A stretch of DNA of 63,499 bases, filler included, from an uncultured bacterium (GTDB taxonomy: Bacteria > CAZSTA01): the NCBI GenBank assembly GCA_964609495.1. It is 5 parts of 5 records of this genome, joined end to end, with 100 filler letters (N's around TTAATTAATTAA, not from the genome) between each part and the next. Parts side by side here need not be neighbours in the genome. Positions count along the whole stretch, not along the records: positions 13,041 to 25,875 come from CAZSTA010000100.1; positions 25,976 to 38,792 come from CAZSTA010000101.1; 3 more parts are not named here. One strand, given 5' to 3'. Position numbers and translations under genes: made by a program. This document shows, piece by piece, positions 19,204 through 27,527 of this stretch. Each line of letters opens with the position of its first letter. Position 1 is the stretch's first letter. The notes beneath the pieces are model-generated. The model was not told the origin of the DNA. It ran no database searches and was given only the letters and a program-made list of their open reading frames with translations.

Positions 19204-20448
19204 ATGACTTTCGAATTTCCAAAACAGGCGAAAGAATATAGATGGCTGGAGATAGGATTGCTTATAATCGCCTTCTTCACTCCCTTATATGAGGGGATGA
19301 TTTACGTTGGGATCCTCATAATGTTTGTATCTTTTACCCTTAATTGGATTAAAAGAAATAAAGGGAAGCCCTTCCCCTCAACACCCCTAAATTACCCCCT
19401 TCAATTTATGATCTTAGTAGCCTTCCTATCGGTAGTGAATTCTGAGATGGTTTGGGAAAGCTTCACCGCTGTATTAGTATTGGCGGGAGGGCTATTTATA
19501 GTCTATCATTTGATAGCTATCAGCCTCGATGAGCGACTCCTTAAAAATATGGTATTCGCCTCGGTGATAGCGGGAAGCATCGTCTCTATAATAGGAATTG
19601 CTCAATACACTCTTGGCGAAGCAGATCGCGCTTTTTCCACTATGCACAGAGCTACTGTTCTAGGTGGATATTTGGTAATTATCCTGCCGATAACCGCTAG
19701 CTTATGGCTCTCGGCTGAGTCCACAAAAAGCAAGTTGTGGTTAGGGATAGCGACGGGGTTAATGGGATTATGCTTGGTCTTCACCTATGCTAGGAGCGCT
19801 TGGTTAGGGATAGCATCTGCAGTCATCGCCTTAGCTTTTATAAAGAAAAGGAAAGCTCCCGTTATAATTTTAATATTAATATTGGTCATTATAACTTTAT
19901 CCCTACTTTCCCCCTCCTTTGTTCAGCGTCTAATTAGCATAACTGATACTGAGGAGGAAACCATCACCGATCGCTTCGATGCTTGGCAAGGGTCCTTAGC
20001 GATTATTCGAGCCCATCCTCTAACTGGAATCGGATTAAACTCCTTCCCCTATGTCTATCCTCGCTATATGCCATTTACCGGGAGGAGAAATTTAGTCCAT
20101 GCCCATAACATCTTCTTTCAATTGGGAGTCGAAATGGGTTTACTCAGCGTTCTCAGTTTTATATGGTTATTGATCGTTATCTTTGGACAGGGAATTAGCG
20201 CTTTAAGAAATATCTCCGCAAAGGAAATTTTTGCCGGCAACAAAACTCAAGGTTCAAAAGTTTCCTTTCCATATCTTGAGGGGTTAATAGGTGGAATCTT
20301 AGCGGGGTTAGTGGGCTTTATGATTCAAGAGCAATTCAATTTCGGTCTTGTCCTCAATGATATCGTCATCTTCTTTTGGGCTAATATCGCTCTATTGATG
20401 GCTGCTTGTCGGTTGGCAAAAGTTAAGCATAGGAATTTTAATAATTGA
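19204..20448 (+). CDS. O-antigen ligase family protein
   Basis: Multi-TM; TYARSAW, HPLTGIG, HAHN. Confidence 0.85.
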   Translation: MTFEFPKQAKEYRWLEIGLLIIAFFTPLYEGMIYVGILIMFVSFTLNWIKRNKGKPFPSTPLNYPLQFMILVAFLSVVNSEMVWESFTAVLVLAGGLFIVYHLIAISLDERLLKNMVFASVIAGSIVSIIGIAQYTLGEADRAFSTMHRATVLGGYLVIILPITASLWLSAESTKSKLWLGIATGLMGLCLVFTYARSAWLGIASAVIALAFIKKRKAPVIILILILVIITLSLLSPSFVQRLISITDTEEETITDRFDAWQGSLAIIRAHPLTGIGLNSFPYVYPRYMPFTGRRNLVHAHNIFFQLGVEMGLLSVLSFIWLLIVIFGQGISALRNISAKEIFAGNKTQGSKVSFPYLEGLIGGILAGLVGFMIQEQFNFGLVLNDIVIFFWANIALLMAACRLAKVKHRNFNN

Positions 20449-20454
20449 GTAAAG

Positions 20455-21543
20455 ATGAAAAACATATTATATATCTCCCACGATATGACCTTGACTGGAG
20501 CACCGATAAGCTTATCCCTCCTCATAAAAGGTTTAGATCGAGACAAATTCAATCCGATCCTCGCTTGCCCGGTGGATGGACCTCTAAGAGAAGAGCTAGA
20601 TAAAGTAAAGGTAGATTTTGAATTGATAGGCAGAGATAGCTTATCGAATATATCCATAGTCAATAATATACTTAGAGTTATAAAGAGGGAAAATATAGAT
20701 ATAATTCATACTAATACAGTTATCACTACTTATGGAGCAATAGCTGGCAGACTAGCGAAACTTCCAGTAGTATGGCATATTCGAGAAGATCTCTCCCAAG
20801 GATTATGGAATAAAATCCTGATAAATATAATAGGCTCTCTAGCTGATAAGATAATCGTAATTTCTAAGAAGATGGGGGAGGTCTTTGGAAAGTCCAGTGA
20901 TAAGCTAGAGGTTATATATAATGGAGTAGATCTATCTCGATTCCATCTGGGTATAAATGGTAAGCAGTTAAGGGATAAATTGAGTTTAGACTATGATATC
21001 CCTATAGTGGGCTGGATAGGTAGTATGGAGCCAAGAAAGGGATGCAGGTATTTTTTGGAAGCTGTTGCTGAAGTCATCAAAGAGGGGATCGAAGCTAAAT
21101 TCCTTATGGTTGGCGATTCTCTTCCGATATTCGCTGGATATAAACAGGAGATGGAGGAATTAGCCGAATCCTTAGGGATAGGCAAAGAAGTGATATTTAC
21201 TGGCTGGCGTAGGGATATTCCTCAAGTTATGGCGACCTTAGATCTTTTCGTGATGTCATCTTTACAAGAGCCTCTAGGAAGGGTGCTTATCGAGGCAATG
21301 GCTATGAGAAAGCCGACGGTTGCCACGAGGGTGGGAGGGATACCAGAGGTAGTTGAGGAGGGAGTCACAGGCTTGCTGGTTCCTCCTGGGGATTCGAGCG
21401 CTATAGCAGAAGCCATTATATCCTTACTAAATGATAGAGATAGAGCAGAGAAGATGAGTATAGCTGGAAGAGAAAGAGCGGAGAAGATGTTCAGTATGGA
21501 AAGTTATGTGGAGAATGTGGAGAGGGTATATGACTCCTTTTAG
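20455..21543 (+). CDS. GT4 glycosyltransferase
   Basis: IYNGVD, EPLGRVLIEAMA (E-x7-E). Confidence 0.92.
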   Translation: MKNILYISHDMTLTGAPISLSLLIKGLDRDKFNPILACPVDGPLREELDKVKVDFELIGRDSLSNISIVNNILRVIKRENIDIIHTNTVITTYGAIAGRLAKLPVVWHIREDLSQGLWNKILINIIGSLADKIIVISKKMGEVFGKSSDKLEVIYNGVDLSRFHLGINGKQLRDKLSLDYDIPIVGWIGSMEPRKGCRYFLEAVAEVIKEGIEAKFLMVGDSLPIFAGYKQEMEELAESLGIGKEVIFTGWRRDIPQVMATLDLFVMSSLQEPLGRVLIEAMAMRKPTVATRVGGIPEVVEEGVTGLLVPPGDSSAIAEAIISLLNDRDRAEKMSIAGRERAEKMFSMESYVENVERVYDSF

Positions 21544-21585
21544 GAGAGGGGTTAGAGGTCAGATTATAGGTCTTGAGCTTACTTT

Positions 21586-21700
21586 AAATCACCCTTCCCT
21601 AACCCCTCCCGTCAAGGGAGGGGAAACTAATCTTATTAAGAGGGCGAGCTTATCTGGATGTTCCCTCTCCCCTCGTGGGAGAGGGATAGGGTGAGGGGGT
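21586..21700 (+). repeat. Interspersed BoxC/triplex-like repeat, copy 2 (plus degenerate half at ~21533-21560)
   Basis: CACCCTTCCCTAACCCCTCCCGTCAAGGGAGGGG...CCCTCTCCCCTCGTGGGAGAGGGATAGGGTGAGGGG. Confidence 0.85.
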
Positions 21701-21733
21701 AATACGAAGTATAGACTTAGAGTGAGGGGGAAA

Positions 21734-23806
21734 ATGGAATCTTCTGAAAAACAAGTTTTATTCTTGAGCAATGGTTATGCCGAGGATTTGATGGCGGCTA
21801 GAGTCGTCGCTCACTTGAATAAGATGTCCCCAGAAATCAAGGTCAAAGCTTTGCCAGTAGTGGGAGAGGGGAGAGCGTATTTCCCCACTAGAGCGGAGCT
21901 TCTTGATCCTCGGAGAATGCTACCCAGTGGTGGGTTTCTCCTACAAAGCGGAAAAGAGATCATCGCTGATCTTAAAGATGGATTGTTACGCTTGATCTGG
22001 CAACAGGGAAAAACCTTGCGAAGAGAGAGTGAAAATATAGATTTAGTTGTAGGAGTAGGTGACTTCTATCTGATTATACTGAATATGTTATTCGTTCATA
22101 AACCGATGTTCTTTATTCCCACTGCCAAATCGGATTATATATGTCCTCATTTCTTCATCGAAAAATGGATTATGCGTCACTTTTGCCAGTTAGTAGCTCC
22201 TAGAGATGAGAAAACAGCTCGCTCTTTAAGGAAAGATCGAATTAAAGCCGCCTTTGTGGGAAATTTGATGATGGACTGTATTGATCCACTGAGCGGGAAT
22301 AACACGAGGAAGCTTGAGATAGATGAATCCTCAAGAGTTATTGGAATTTTACCAGGGAGTAGAGAAGAGGCTTATCTAAATTTATCCAAGATACTCAGGG
22401 TTGTTGATTATGTTAATACCGCCGCCAAGGATAAAAAGCTGACTTTTTTAATGGCTTTGGCCTCCTCCCTCGATCTTGAGCGAATTCGAGAGTCTGCTCT
22501 CAAAGTAGGTTGGGAACTCGATATTGAAACAGAAGATATAGCCCATCTTAGCGGAAATTCAGGAGCTTCTATAATCGCAGTCAAAGGGAGATTTGGAGAG
22601 GTATTGCGCTCTTCTAAGATAGCGATCGGCTTAGCAGGAACAGCTAATGAACAAGCGGTAGGGATGAGAGTCCCTACTGTTGCCTTTACAGGATATGGGC
22701 CTCAAACGACTCCTAATAGATTCAAGGATCAGAATAATCTACTGGGCGAGTCCCTCTATGTAGCTGAAGGAGATGAGGAGGAGATCGCTTCCCAAATTTG
22801 GGATATATTGAACGATCCTGCGAGGATGGAGACGATGAGGCGGGTGGGAAGGGAGCGTATGGGTGAGCCAGGGGGAACTAAGCGCGTCGCCGAATTGATC
22901 GGAGAACTGCTCAAACGGAAGGAAGATATTAAGGTTAAAGATGTGCATTATAGAGGAGAGGAAATGTTAGATCTGTCTATCGTAATAGCTAGCTATAATA
23001 CCAAAGATTTGCTTGAGAATTGCTTGCAATCCCTCTTTGAGCATACTAAGGATATCGAGTTCGAGGTCTGGGTGGTGGATAATAATTCGAGTGATGGCAG
23101 TATAGAAATGGTCAAGAGGGAATTTCCCCAAGTTAAACTCATAGAGAATAAAGATAACTTGGGATTCGCTAAAGCTAACAATCAAGCGATCGGGAGAAGC
23201 AACAGTAGATATGTTCTGCTATTGAATAGCGATACTACACTTGTTGATAATTCGCTCAAACTTATGATTTCCTTCCTCGATGAGAGATTAGCTATAGGGG
23301 CTTTGGGATGTTCGTTAATAAGACCTGATGGGAAATTACAATCTATCGGTAGAGGCTCTATTCTACTCGGAAGAAATAAACCTAAAGCGGTTAATTGGGT
23401 CGAAGGCGCTTGTCTGATGCTCAGGAGAGAGGCACTGGAGGAAGTCGGATACCTGGATGAGAACTTCTTCTTCTATAGCGAGGATATGGATATGTGTGTG
23501 CGGATAAGAAAAGGCGGTTGGAAAGTATTCTCCCTGCCTCAAGCTAAAGTTGTCCACTATGGGGGAGGAAGTAGCAAGAATATTAATAGCAGACTAACTA
23601 TCGAGGGATATAAAAGTGGATATTATTACTGCGAGAAGCATTATGGGGAATTTGTGTTGAAGTTATACAAAGGTATAGCTCTATTCGATCTCGAGTTGAG
23701 GATGAAATATTGGGGGTTAGTGAGACGTTTTAGTAAGGGAAGAAGAGAGGAAGCTGAGAAGAGATTGAAGACCTATGAAGAAGTTAAGAAATTGACTACC
23801 ACATAA
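21734..23806 (+). CDS. Lipid-A-disaccharide-synthase-related protein fused to a GT2 glycosyltransferase
   Basis: N-part LSNGYAED, LPSGGF, LPGSR, AGTANEQ; C-part from Met 22964 (MLDLSIVIASYN) is a paralogue of 17419-18306. Confidence 0.75.
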   Translation: MESSEKQVLFLSNGYAEDLMAARVVAHLNKMSPEIKVKALPVVGEGRAYFPTRAELLDPRRMLPSGGFLLQSGKEIIADLKDGLLRLIWQQGKTLRRESENIDLVVGVGDFYLIILNMLFVHKPMFFIPTAKSDYICPHFFIEKWIMRHFCQLVAPRDEKTARSLRKDRIKAAFVGNLMMDCIDPLSGNNTRKLEIDESSRVIGILPGSREEAYLNLSKILRVVDYVNTAAKDKKLTFLMALASSLDLERIRESALKVGWELDIETEDIAHLSGNSGASIIAVKGRFGEVLRSSKIAIGLAGTANEQAVGMRVPTVAFTGYGPQTTPNRFKDQNNLLGESLYVAEGDEEEIASQIWDILNDPARMETMRRVGRERMGEPGGTKRVAELIGELLKRKEDIKVKDVHYRGEEMLDLSIVIASYNTKDLLENCLQSLFEHTKDIEFEVWVVDNNSSDGSIEMVKREFPQVKLIENKDNLGFAKANNQAIGRSNSRYVLLLNSDTTLVDNSLKLMISFLDERLAIGALGCSLIRPDGKLQSIGRGSILLGRNKPKAVNWVEGACLMLRREALEEVGYLDENFFFYSEDMDMCVRIRKGGWKVFSLPQAKVVHYGGGSSKNINSRLTIEGYKSGYYYCEKHYGEFVLKLYKGIALFDLELRMKYWGLVRRFSKGRREEAEKRLKTYEEVKKLTTT

Positions 23807-23829
23807 TTTATAGATTGCGTAAAAGAGGG

Positions 23830-23858
23830 TTGCTAGGATATAAATAATATGGTATAAT
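23830..23858 (+). promoter_or_regulatory. Sigma70 promoter
   Basis: TTGCTA-17-TATAAT with TG extension. Confidence 0.6.
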
Positions 23859-23964
23859 AGGAATAGAACGAGATATAGCTTTTATACGAGGAGGTGAGGA
23901 AAAGAGTATCTAAGTATAAACCTTTTAAAGATCGTTCCCGAATTAAAAAGGAGGTATCTTAAAG

Positions 23965-25227
23965 ATGAGGAGACTTGTTTTTATTCTCAGTCTAGCTTTG
24001 TTAATAGCCCTAGTTGCTAGTGTTGCTTACGGCGAAGAGAAGATAGTTCTAAACACCATTAGTGGCCCAGACCCAATGGGGCAAATGGCGAAGGAAAATG
24101 CGCTATTTGAGAAATTAACCGGCATCAAGGTGAATGTTACCACCGTCCCCTACGGTCGAGAGCAGAGAACCAAGCTGGTCACAGCCTTTATGGCTGGTGG
24201 CACAGCCTATGATATGTATGTCATCGACTGCGTAGAGGTCCCCGAATACGTAGAGGCGGGCTGGGCTTTGGATGTAACCCCCTGGGTTACCCCTGAAATG
24301 GAGAAGGATATATTGCCCTTCGCTAAGGATGGAATGATGTATAGGGATAAGTGGTATGGCCTGCCCTGGGTATCGGAGTGGAAATCATTCGTCTATAACG
24401 CTAAGAAGCTCCAAGATGCTGGGTTCGCCGAGCCACCTAACACCTGGGAGGAGTTCGTCGAGCAGTGCCAGAAACTCCAGAATGCTGGACTAGTGAGGAA
24501 ATACGCTACTGCCTGGTCCTGGGCTCAAAAGGAGTGTATAATCTGCGATTTCGTCCCCTTAGCCGTTACTTTTAAGGGAGAATTCTTTGATAAGGACCTC
24601 AATCCTCTCTTCAACAAAGGTGGCGCAATCGAGGCCCTCCAGTTTATGATCGATACCATTGATAAATATGAGATCACCAACCCCGCTTCTCTAACCTATA
24701 CTGAGAGCGATGTGGATCAGGCGATATATGCGGGAGATATCGCCTTCTGCTTCAAATGGGGCTTGCCATTAGTTCCTCTAAATGACCCTGAGGTATCGAA
24801 GGTGGTAGGGGAGTGCATGATCGGGCTTACTCCTTCAGTGGATGGAAAATCTACTGTGGCTTGCTCTGGGCCTATGGGCTGGTCCATCTCTCCCGGCTCG
24901 AGGGATAAGGAAGCTGCCTGGAAGTATATCGAGTTTAGAGCAGGGCTTGAGGGAGCTAAGCGGAATGCTGTAAATTACGGCGTCGTGCCTGGTTGGGCTT
25001 CTCTATATACCGATCCCGAGGTGCTGGAGACCATACCCGGCTTGGATCTGATGCTGGAGCAGGGTAAACATATCGTCAACAGGCCTCGAGTGCCCTGGTA
25101 CTATGAGTTCTCAGCGGCACTACAGCTTGAGCTTCATAATGCGCTAACCCACAAGAAGACTCCCCAGGTAGCTATGGATGATGCGGTAGCGAAGGCTTTA
25201 GAGATCAAGGCTGAGTATGAGGAGTAG
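23965..25227 (+). CDS. Carbohydrate ABC transporter solute-binding protein (family 1)
   Basis: Signal peptide, FEKLTGIKV, YGLP, PPNTWEE; no permease follows. Confidence 0.88.
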   Translation: MRRLVFILSLALLIALVASVAYGEEKIVLNTISGPDPMGQMAKENALFEKLTGIKVNVTTVPYGREQRTKLVTAFMAGGTAYDMYVIDCVEVPEYVEAGWALDVTPWVTPEMEKDILPFAKDGMMYRDKWYGLPWVSEWKSFVYNAKKLQDAGFAEPPNTWEEFVEQCQKLQNAGLVRKYATAWSWAQKECIICDFVPLAVTFKGEFFDKDLNPLFNKGGAIEALQFMIDTIDKYEITNPASLTYTESDVDQAIYAGDIAFCFKWGLPLVPLNDPEVSKVVGECMIGLTPSVDGKSTVACSGPMGWSISPGSRDKEAAWKYIEFRAGLEGAKRNAVNYGVVPGWASLYTDPEVLETIPGLDLMLEQGKHIVNRPRVPWYYEFSAALQLELHNALTHKKTPQVAMDDAVAKALEIKAEYEE

Positions 25228-25240
25228 TAATTAATGGGTT

Positions 25241-25290
25241 GCAGTCAACGGATTATAAGCGCCTTATCCTCTGCTAAATCCGTTGACTGC
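25241..25290 (+). terminator. 14-bp perfect stem-loop after SBP gene
   Basis: GCAGTCAACGGATT...AATCCGTTGACTGC; lacks a U-tract, so may be a stability hairpin. Confidence 0.55.
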
Positions 25291-25292
25291 TC

Positions 25293-25433
25293 ATTTAAGT
25301 GAAGGTGGGGCATAGTTCAACAAAGAATCTCTCTGTAACCATCCTATTAAACTATAGCCTTATCAGCATTATCTGATTCAAGTTTGCTCTATGACAGCGA
25401 TTAGAAATATTTATACCCCACCTTCACCTAAAT
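25293..25433. mobile_element. MITE-like element, 141 bp with 22-bp terminal inverted repeats
   Basis: ATTTAAGTGAAGGTGGGGCATA / TATACCCCACCTTCACCTAAAT (20 of 22 complementary); no ORF in the provided track. Confidence 0.45.
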
Positions 25434-25561
25434 ATTCATTATAAGCGAAAGTGATAGTTGGGCATAAGCGAAGTATTTCGGTTATTTTAAGTTACGAAAT
25501 AGCACCGAATTGGTATTGCTATAAATTTATTTTTATATCAAAATTGAATGGGGTGTAAAGA

Positions 25562-25875
25562 ATGAAAGCTGCAATTCTTTATTGGACAAAATCTGGTAAT
25601 ACAGAAAAAGTAGCACTAGCTATTAAAGAATGCATACAATCGATTGGGGTAGAGGTTGAATACTTGAGAGTAGATGAGGCGAAAGATTTAGACTTTTTTG
25701 ATTATGACTTAATTTGCCTTGGCTTTCCTTCGTATAGTTGGCAACCTCCTAAACCAGTAGATAATTTCTTATTAGATCAGTTCAATAGATATCATAAAGA
25801 ACGAGTGAAAGTTGGCGCACCAAAGCTGCCGGGAAAAAACGTGATTATTTTCTGTACATATTCCGGACCTCATAC
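25562..25875 (+). CDS. Flavodoxin-like protein, 3'-partial
   Basis: YWTKSGNTEKVA FMN-binding loop, GFPSY, FCTYSG. Confidence 0.85.
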
Positions 25876-25975
25876 NNNNNNNNNNNNNNNNNNNNNNNNN
25901 NNNNNNNNNNNNNNNNNNNTTAATTAATTAANNNNNNNNNNNNNNNNNNNNNNNNNNNNNNNNNNNNNNNNNNNN
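25876..25975. other. Artificial contig spacer
   Basis: N-run with TTAATTAATTAA. Confidence 0.97.
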
Positions 25976-25994
25976 ATTTTTTTGTTAATTCCTC

Positions 25995-26023
25995 TTGACA
26001 ACAATCCGATTTTTTGGTATACT
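25995..26023 (+). promoter_or_regulatory. Sigma70 promoter of trpL-trpS
   Basis: TTGACA-17-TATACT with TG extension. Confidence 0.8.
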
Positions 26024-26060
26024 ACAAATAGCAGACAGTTTGATTCGGGAAAGGATGGGT

Positions 26061-26153
26061 ATGTTTAGAATGTTGGTTTCCTCAGCCAATTTAATACTTT
26101 GGTGGTGGCGTTGGCGAGTGGGGGAAGTATGCCCATCCGGCTTAAGGTGCTAG
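26061..26153 (+). CDS. trpL: Trp-rich leader peptide (30 aa) upstream of trpS
   Basis: Hand translation MFRMLVSSANLILWWWRWRVGEVCPSGLRC*; SD AAGGA at 26051-26055; 4 Trp codons at 26100-26114. Confidence 0.85.
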   Translation: MFRMLVSSANLILWWWRWRVGEVCPSGLRC

Positions 26154-26179
26154 CCAAAAGCTAATTTTCGCCAAATATA

Positions 26180-26217
26180 AGCCACGGGATACTTCTCAGA
26201 GTCCCGTGGCTTTTTTT
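26180..26217 (+). terminator. Attenuator terminator 1
   Basis: AGCCACGGGAT...GTCCCGTGGCT followed by T-run; 5' arm can alternatively pair with 26135-26144. Confidence 0.85.
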
Positions 26218-26232
26218 GATGCCAGATTTTAC

Positions 26233-26273
26233 AGCCACGGGTTTTTCGGAAAACTCGTGGCTTTTTTTATTTT
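26233..26273 (+). terminator. Attenuator terminator 2
   Basis: AGCCACGGGTTTT-TCGG-AAAACTCGTGGCT followed by T-run; same outer arms as terminator 1. Confidence 0.85.
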
Positions 26274-26293
26274 ATAGAAGATAAAGAGGAGGT

Positions 26294-27334
26294 ATGAAGT
26301 TGAAAGGTCGGATATTGACTGGACACAGACCAACAGGAAGAAGACATCTAGGACATCTAGCAGGGACCTTGCAGAGTTGGGTCAAATTACAGGATGAATA
26401 TGAATGTTTCTTTATCCTCGCCGATTGGCATGTGTTAACTACCGATTATTCGAATTCGGGCAGGATAGGGCAGAATATCATAGATACGCTTATAGATTGG
26501 TTGGCAGCGGGAATCGATCCTGCGAGAAGCACCATCTTCCTCCAGTCGGGGGTGCCAGAGCATGCTGAGTTAACCTTGCTCTTCTCTATGTTAGTCACCG
26601 TATCTCGATTGGAGCGCAATCCCACCTATAAAGAGCAGAAGCAGGAACTCGATCTAGGGGAGCGGGCTTCCTTGGGGCTTCTCACCTATCCAGTGTTACA
26701 AGCGGCGGATATTCTGATTTATAGGGCTAATGTGGTGCCAGTTGGAGAGGATCAACTGCCTCACCTGGAGTTGAGTAGAGAGATCGCTCGACGCTTCAAC
26801 AATATCTACGGAGAGCTATTTCCCGAGCCTCAATCCCTACTAAGTGCTACTCCTAGACTATTGGGGATCGATGGAAGGATGATGCATACCAGCTATGGAA
26901 ATACTATTCCTCTTTCGGCTCCTCCTGAGGAGGTGCGAGAGAAGGTGATGAGTATGACCACCGATCCAGAACGAATACATAAGAGCGATCCTGGTCATCC
27001 AGGGGTATGCAATGTCTTCTCCTATTACCAAGCTTTCCAAAAGGACATAGAAGAGCAAGTTAGGGATGAGTGCGAGAAGGCGAAGATAGGTTGTGTGGAG
27101 TGTAAGCGGAGATTAGCTGAGTTCTTAGTGGAGAAACTACAGCCATTCCGGGAGAAGAGAGCAGAACTTATTGATCAGCCAGATAGGGTGATTCAAATCT
27201 TAGCTGAGGGAACACCAAAGGCAAGGAAGGTCGCTAGGGAGACGATCGAGATGGTTAGGGAGAGGATGAAATTAGATTATACTGCCCAGTGGAATGTTCT
27301 GCCTCCGGCGAAGAATTTGAGTATGTATTTTTAG
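26294..27334 (+). CDS. trpS: Tryptophan--tRNA ligase with atypical KMSKS loop
   Basis: TGHRPTG, HLGH, YPVLQAADIL, VPVGEDQ; KMSKS position reads MMHTS; C-x20-C-x6-C-x2-C. Confidence 0.95.
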   Translation: MKLKGRILTGHRPTGRRHLGHLAGTLQSWVKLQDEYECFFILADWHVLTTDYSNSGRIGQNIIDTLIDWLAAGIDPARSTIFLQSGVPEHAELTLLFSMLVTVSRLERNPTYKEQKQELDLGERASLGLLTYPVLQAADILIYRANVVPVGEDQLPHLELSREIARRFNNIYGELFPEPQSLLSATPRLLGIDGRMMHTSYGNTIPLSAPPEEVREKVMSMTTDPERIHKSDPGHPGVCNVFSYYQAFQKDIEEQVRDECEKAKIGCVECKRRLAEFLVEKLQPFREKRAELIDQPDRVIQILAEGTPKARKVARETIEMVRERMKLDYTAQWNVLPPAKNLSMYF

Positions 27335-27430
27335 GGCTGTATAATGGCGAGTCGAGTCTCCTACTGGGCTCGCCTGAACTTAGAGGAGATAGCTAGAGAG
27401 AAACCATTTTAATTTTTTTGGTATTTACCA

Positions 27431-27459
27431 TTGACAAATCGGTAATACTAAGATATAAT
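27431..27459 (+). promoter_or_regulatory. Consensus sigma70 promoter of the DUF72-mtrB-trp operon
   Basis: TTGACA-17-TATAAT. Confidence 0.8.
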
Positions 27460-27487
27460 ATAAACTCAGGATTTCTCAAAACGTTGG

Positions 27488-27527
27488 GAGTTAGATAGAT
27501 GAGACGAGTTGTAAAGCTATGACTGAG
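27488..27527 (+). promoter_or_regulatory. Candidate TRAP site over the DUF72 initiation region
   Basis: GAG-T-TAG-A-TAG-AT-GAG-AC-GAG-TTGTA-AAG-CT-ATG-ACT-GAG. Confidence 0.5.

Noticed and set aside
21506-21771. Short ORFs 21506-21694 (+) and 21589-21771 (-)
   Set aside because: They are translations of the interspersed repeat (PSLTPP..GG, PLPRGERE), not genes.
26024-26293. T-box riboswitch upstream of trpS
   Set aside because: No recognisable T-box consensus (GGTGGNACCGCG) next to the terminator. The GGTGG runs here are the tandem Trp codons of the leader peptide.
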